DNA from: Phoronis australis
Lineage: Eukaryota > Animalia > Phoronida
NCBI GenBank assembly: GCA_002633005.1
Contig: NMRA01001133.1
Location: 1 to 49,057, forward strand
Reading direction: 5' to 3'
DNA length: 49,057 nucleotides
Under the pieces are notes generated by a model. That model worked only from the letters and a program-made list of their open reading frames with translations, was not told the DNA's origin and did no database searches. Each line of letters starts with the position of its first letter. Position 1 is the stretch's first letter. Both the position numbers and the translations under genes were made by a program. Positions 48,471-49,057 of the stretch are shown here, piece by piece.

Positions 48471-49023
48471 ATGGGGTGTTAAGCCCAAAACCATGGAATG
48501 GATATGCACTACTATGACGAGACCGGTCTTATCTGGCGCATGTGTGTCTTCGGTAAGTGGAATTGAAAAAAACGCACCTTGAAAAGTTTCTTCAAAGGGT
48601 ACAACGTTTAGCTTTTGAGTCTGATCAGGTCTTAACTGCAATTGGTTATTCAACTGCTGATAAGAGACCACTGTAACCTGCAGAAGCATAAAAAACAACA
48701 GGTCGGGTAATATATTCTTGCTGCCTGAAATGTTGTGTGGAAGATGAAATACCAGACAAAACATATCGGTCAGTGTTTCACTTACCAATGCATTAAAATG
48801 AATGCTTTGGAAGTAAAACAGTTTCAGTGAAACCTGTCATAGCTAGGAAAAACCTTAAAACATTTGCAAAATTCCCCAAGCAAGCTGGTAGGCATGCTGA
48901 GTATGAGCATTGCTACTAAAGTACAGTGCCTGTTGCAATGGGCCTGTAGAAAGCATAAGTAACGTGGAGGCCTTTCTGTTTTGCGGAGTTTATTTCGAAA
49001 AATTCCGACACCACTGTCCCATT

Positions 49024-49057
49024 ATTACTTGGCGGAATTCTTCCGCCAAGTATGTTG
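49024..49057 (+). mobile_element. 5' head of another HINE, cut by the window edge
   Basis: ATTACTTGGCGGAATTCTTCCGCCAAGTATGTTG. Confidence 0.9.

Noticed and set aside
1-49057. tRNA, rRNA or hammerhead ribozyme genes
   Set aside because: None recognised by eye; a covariance-model scan (tRNAscan-SE, Infernal/Rfam) would be needed to exclude them

Overview
AT-rich, repeat-saturated eukaryotic region that looks like an invertebrate animal draft assembly, with two N gaps and several single-n contig joins. The only clear host gene is the last two exons of a legumain (asparaginyl endopeptidase) gene at 36298-37716 (+). No upstream legumain exons are visible, so the first 36 kb may be one TE-filled intron. 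The dominant feature is a non-coding ~1.1-1.25 kb Helentron/DINE-1-like (HINE) family with a 5' hairpin, a 3' subTIR plus stem-loop, and TT insertion without a TSD. It forms a ~9.85 kb composite at 780-10621 that splits an L1/Tx1-type LINE. Its pattern of stacked 5' heads followed by headless bodies suggests repeated insertion into itself. Each body carries YY1-, NRF1-, ETS- and CTCF-like motifs. Other content: a full-length but dead Gypsy element (162-bp LTRs, CTATT TSD); CR1, LOA/R1-like and Penelope fragments; an Ngaro-like YR+SGNH remnant; an Academ-like TIR derivative; Kolobok-like elements; a decayed ISL2EU-like two-gene element that appears twice, probably as two haplotypes; a PHD+C2H2 pseudogene; and several long hairpins. 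All family assignments come from motif recognition by eye; no database search was run.
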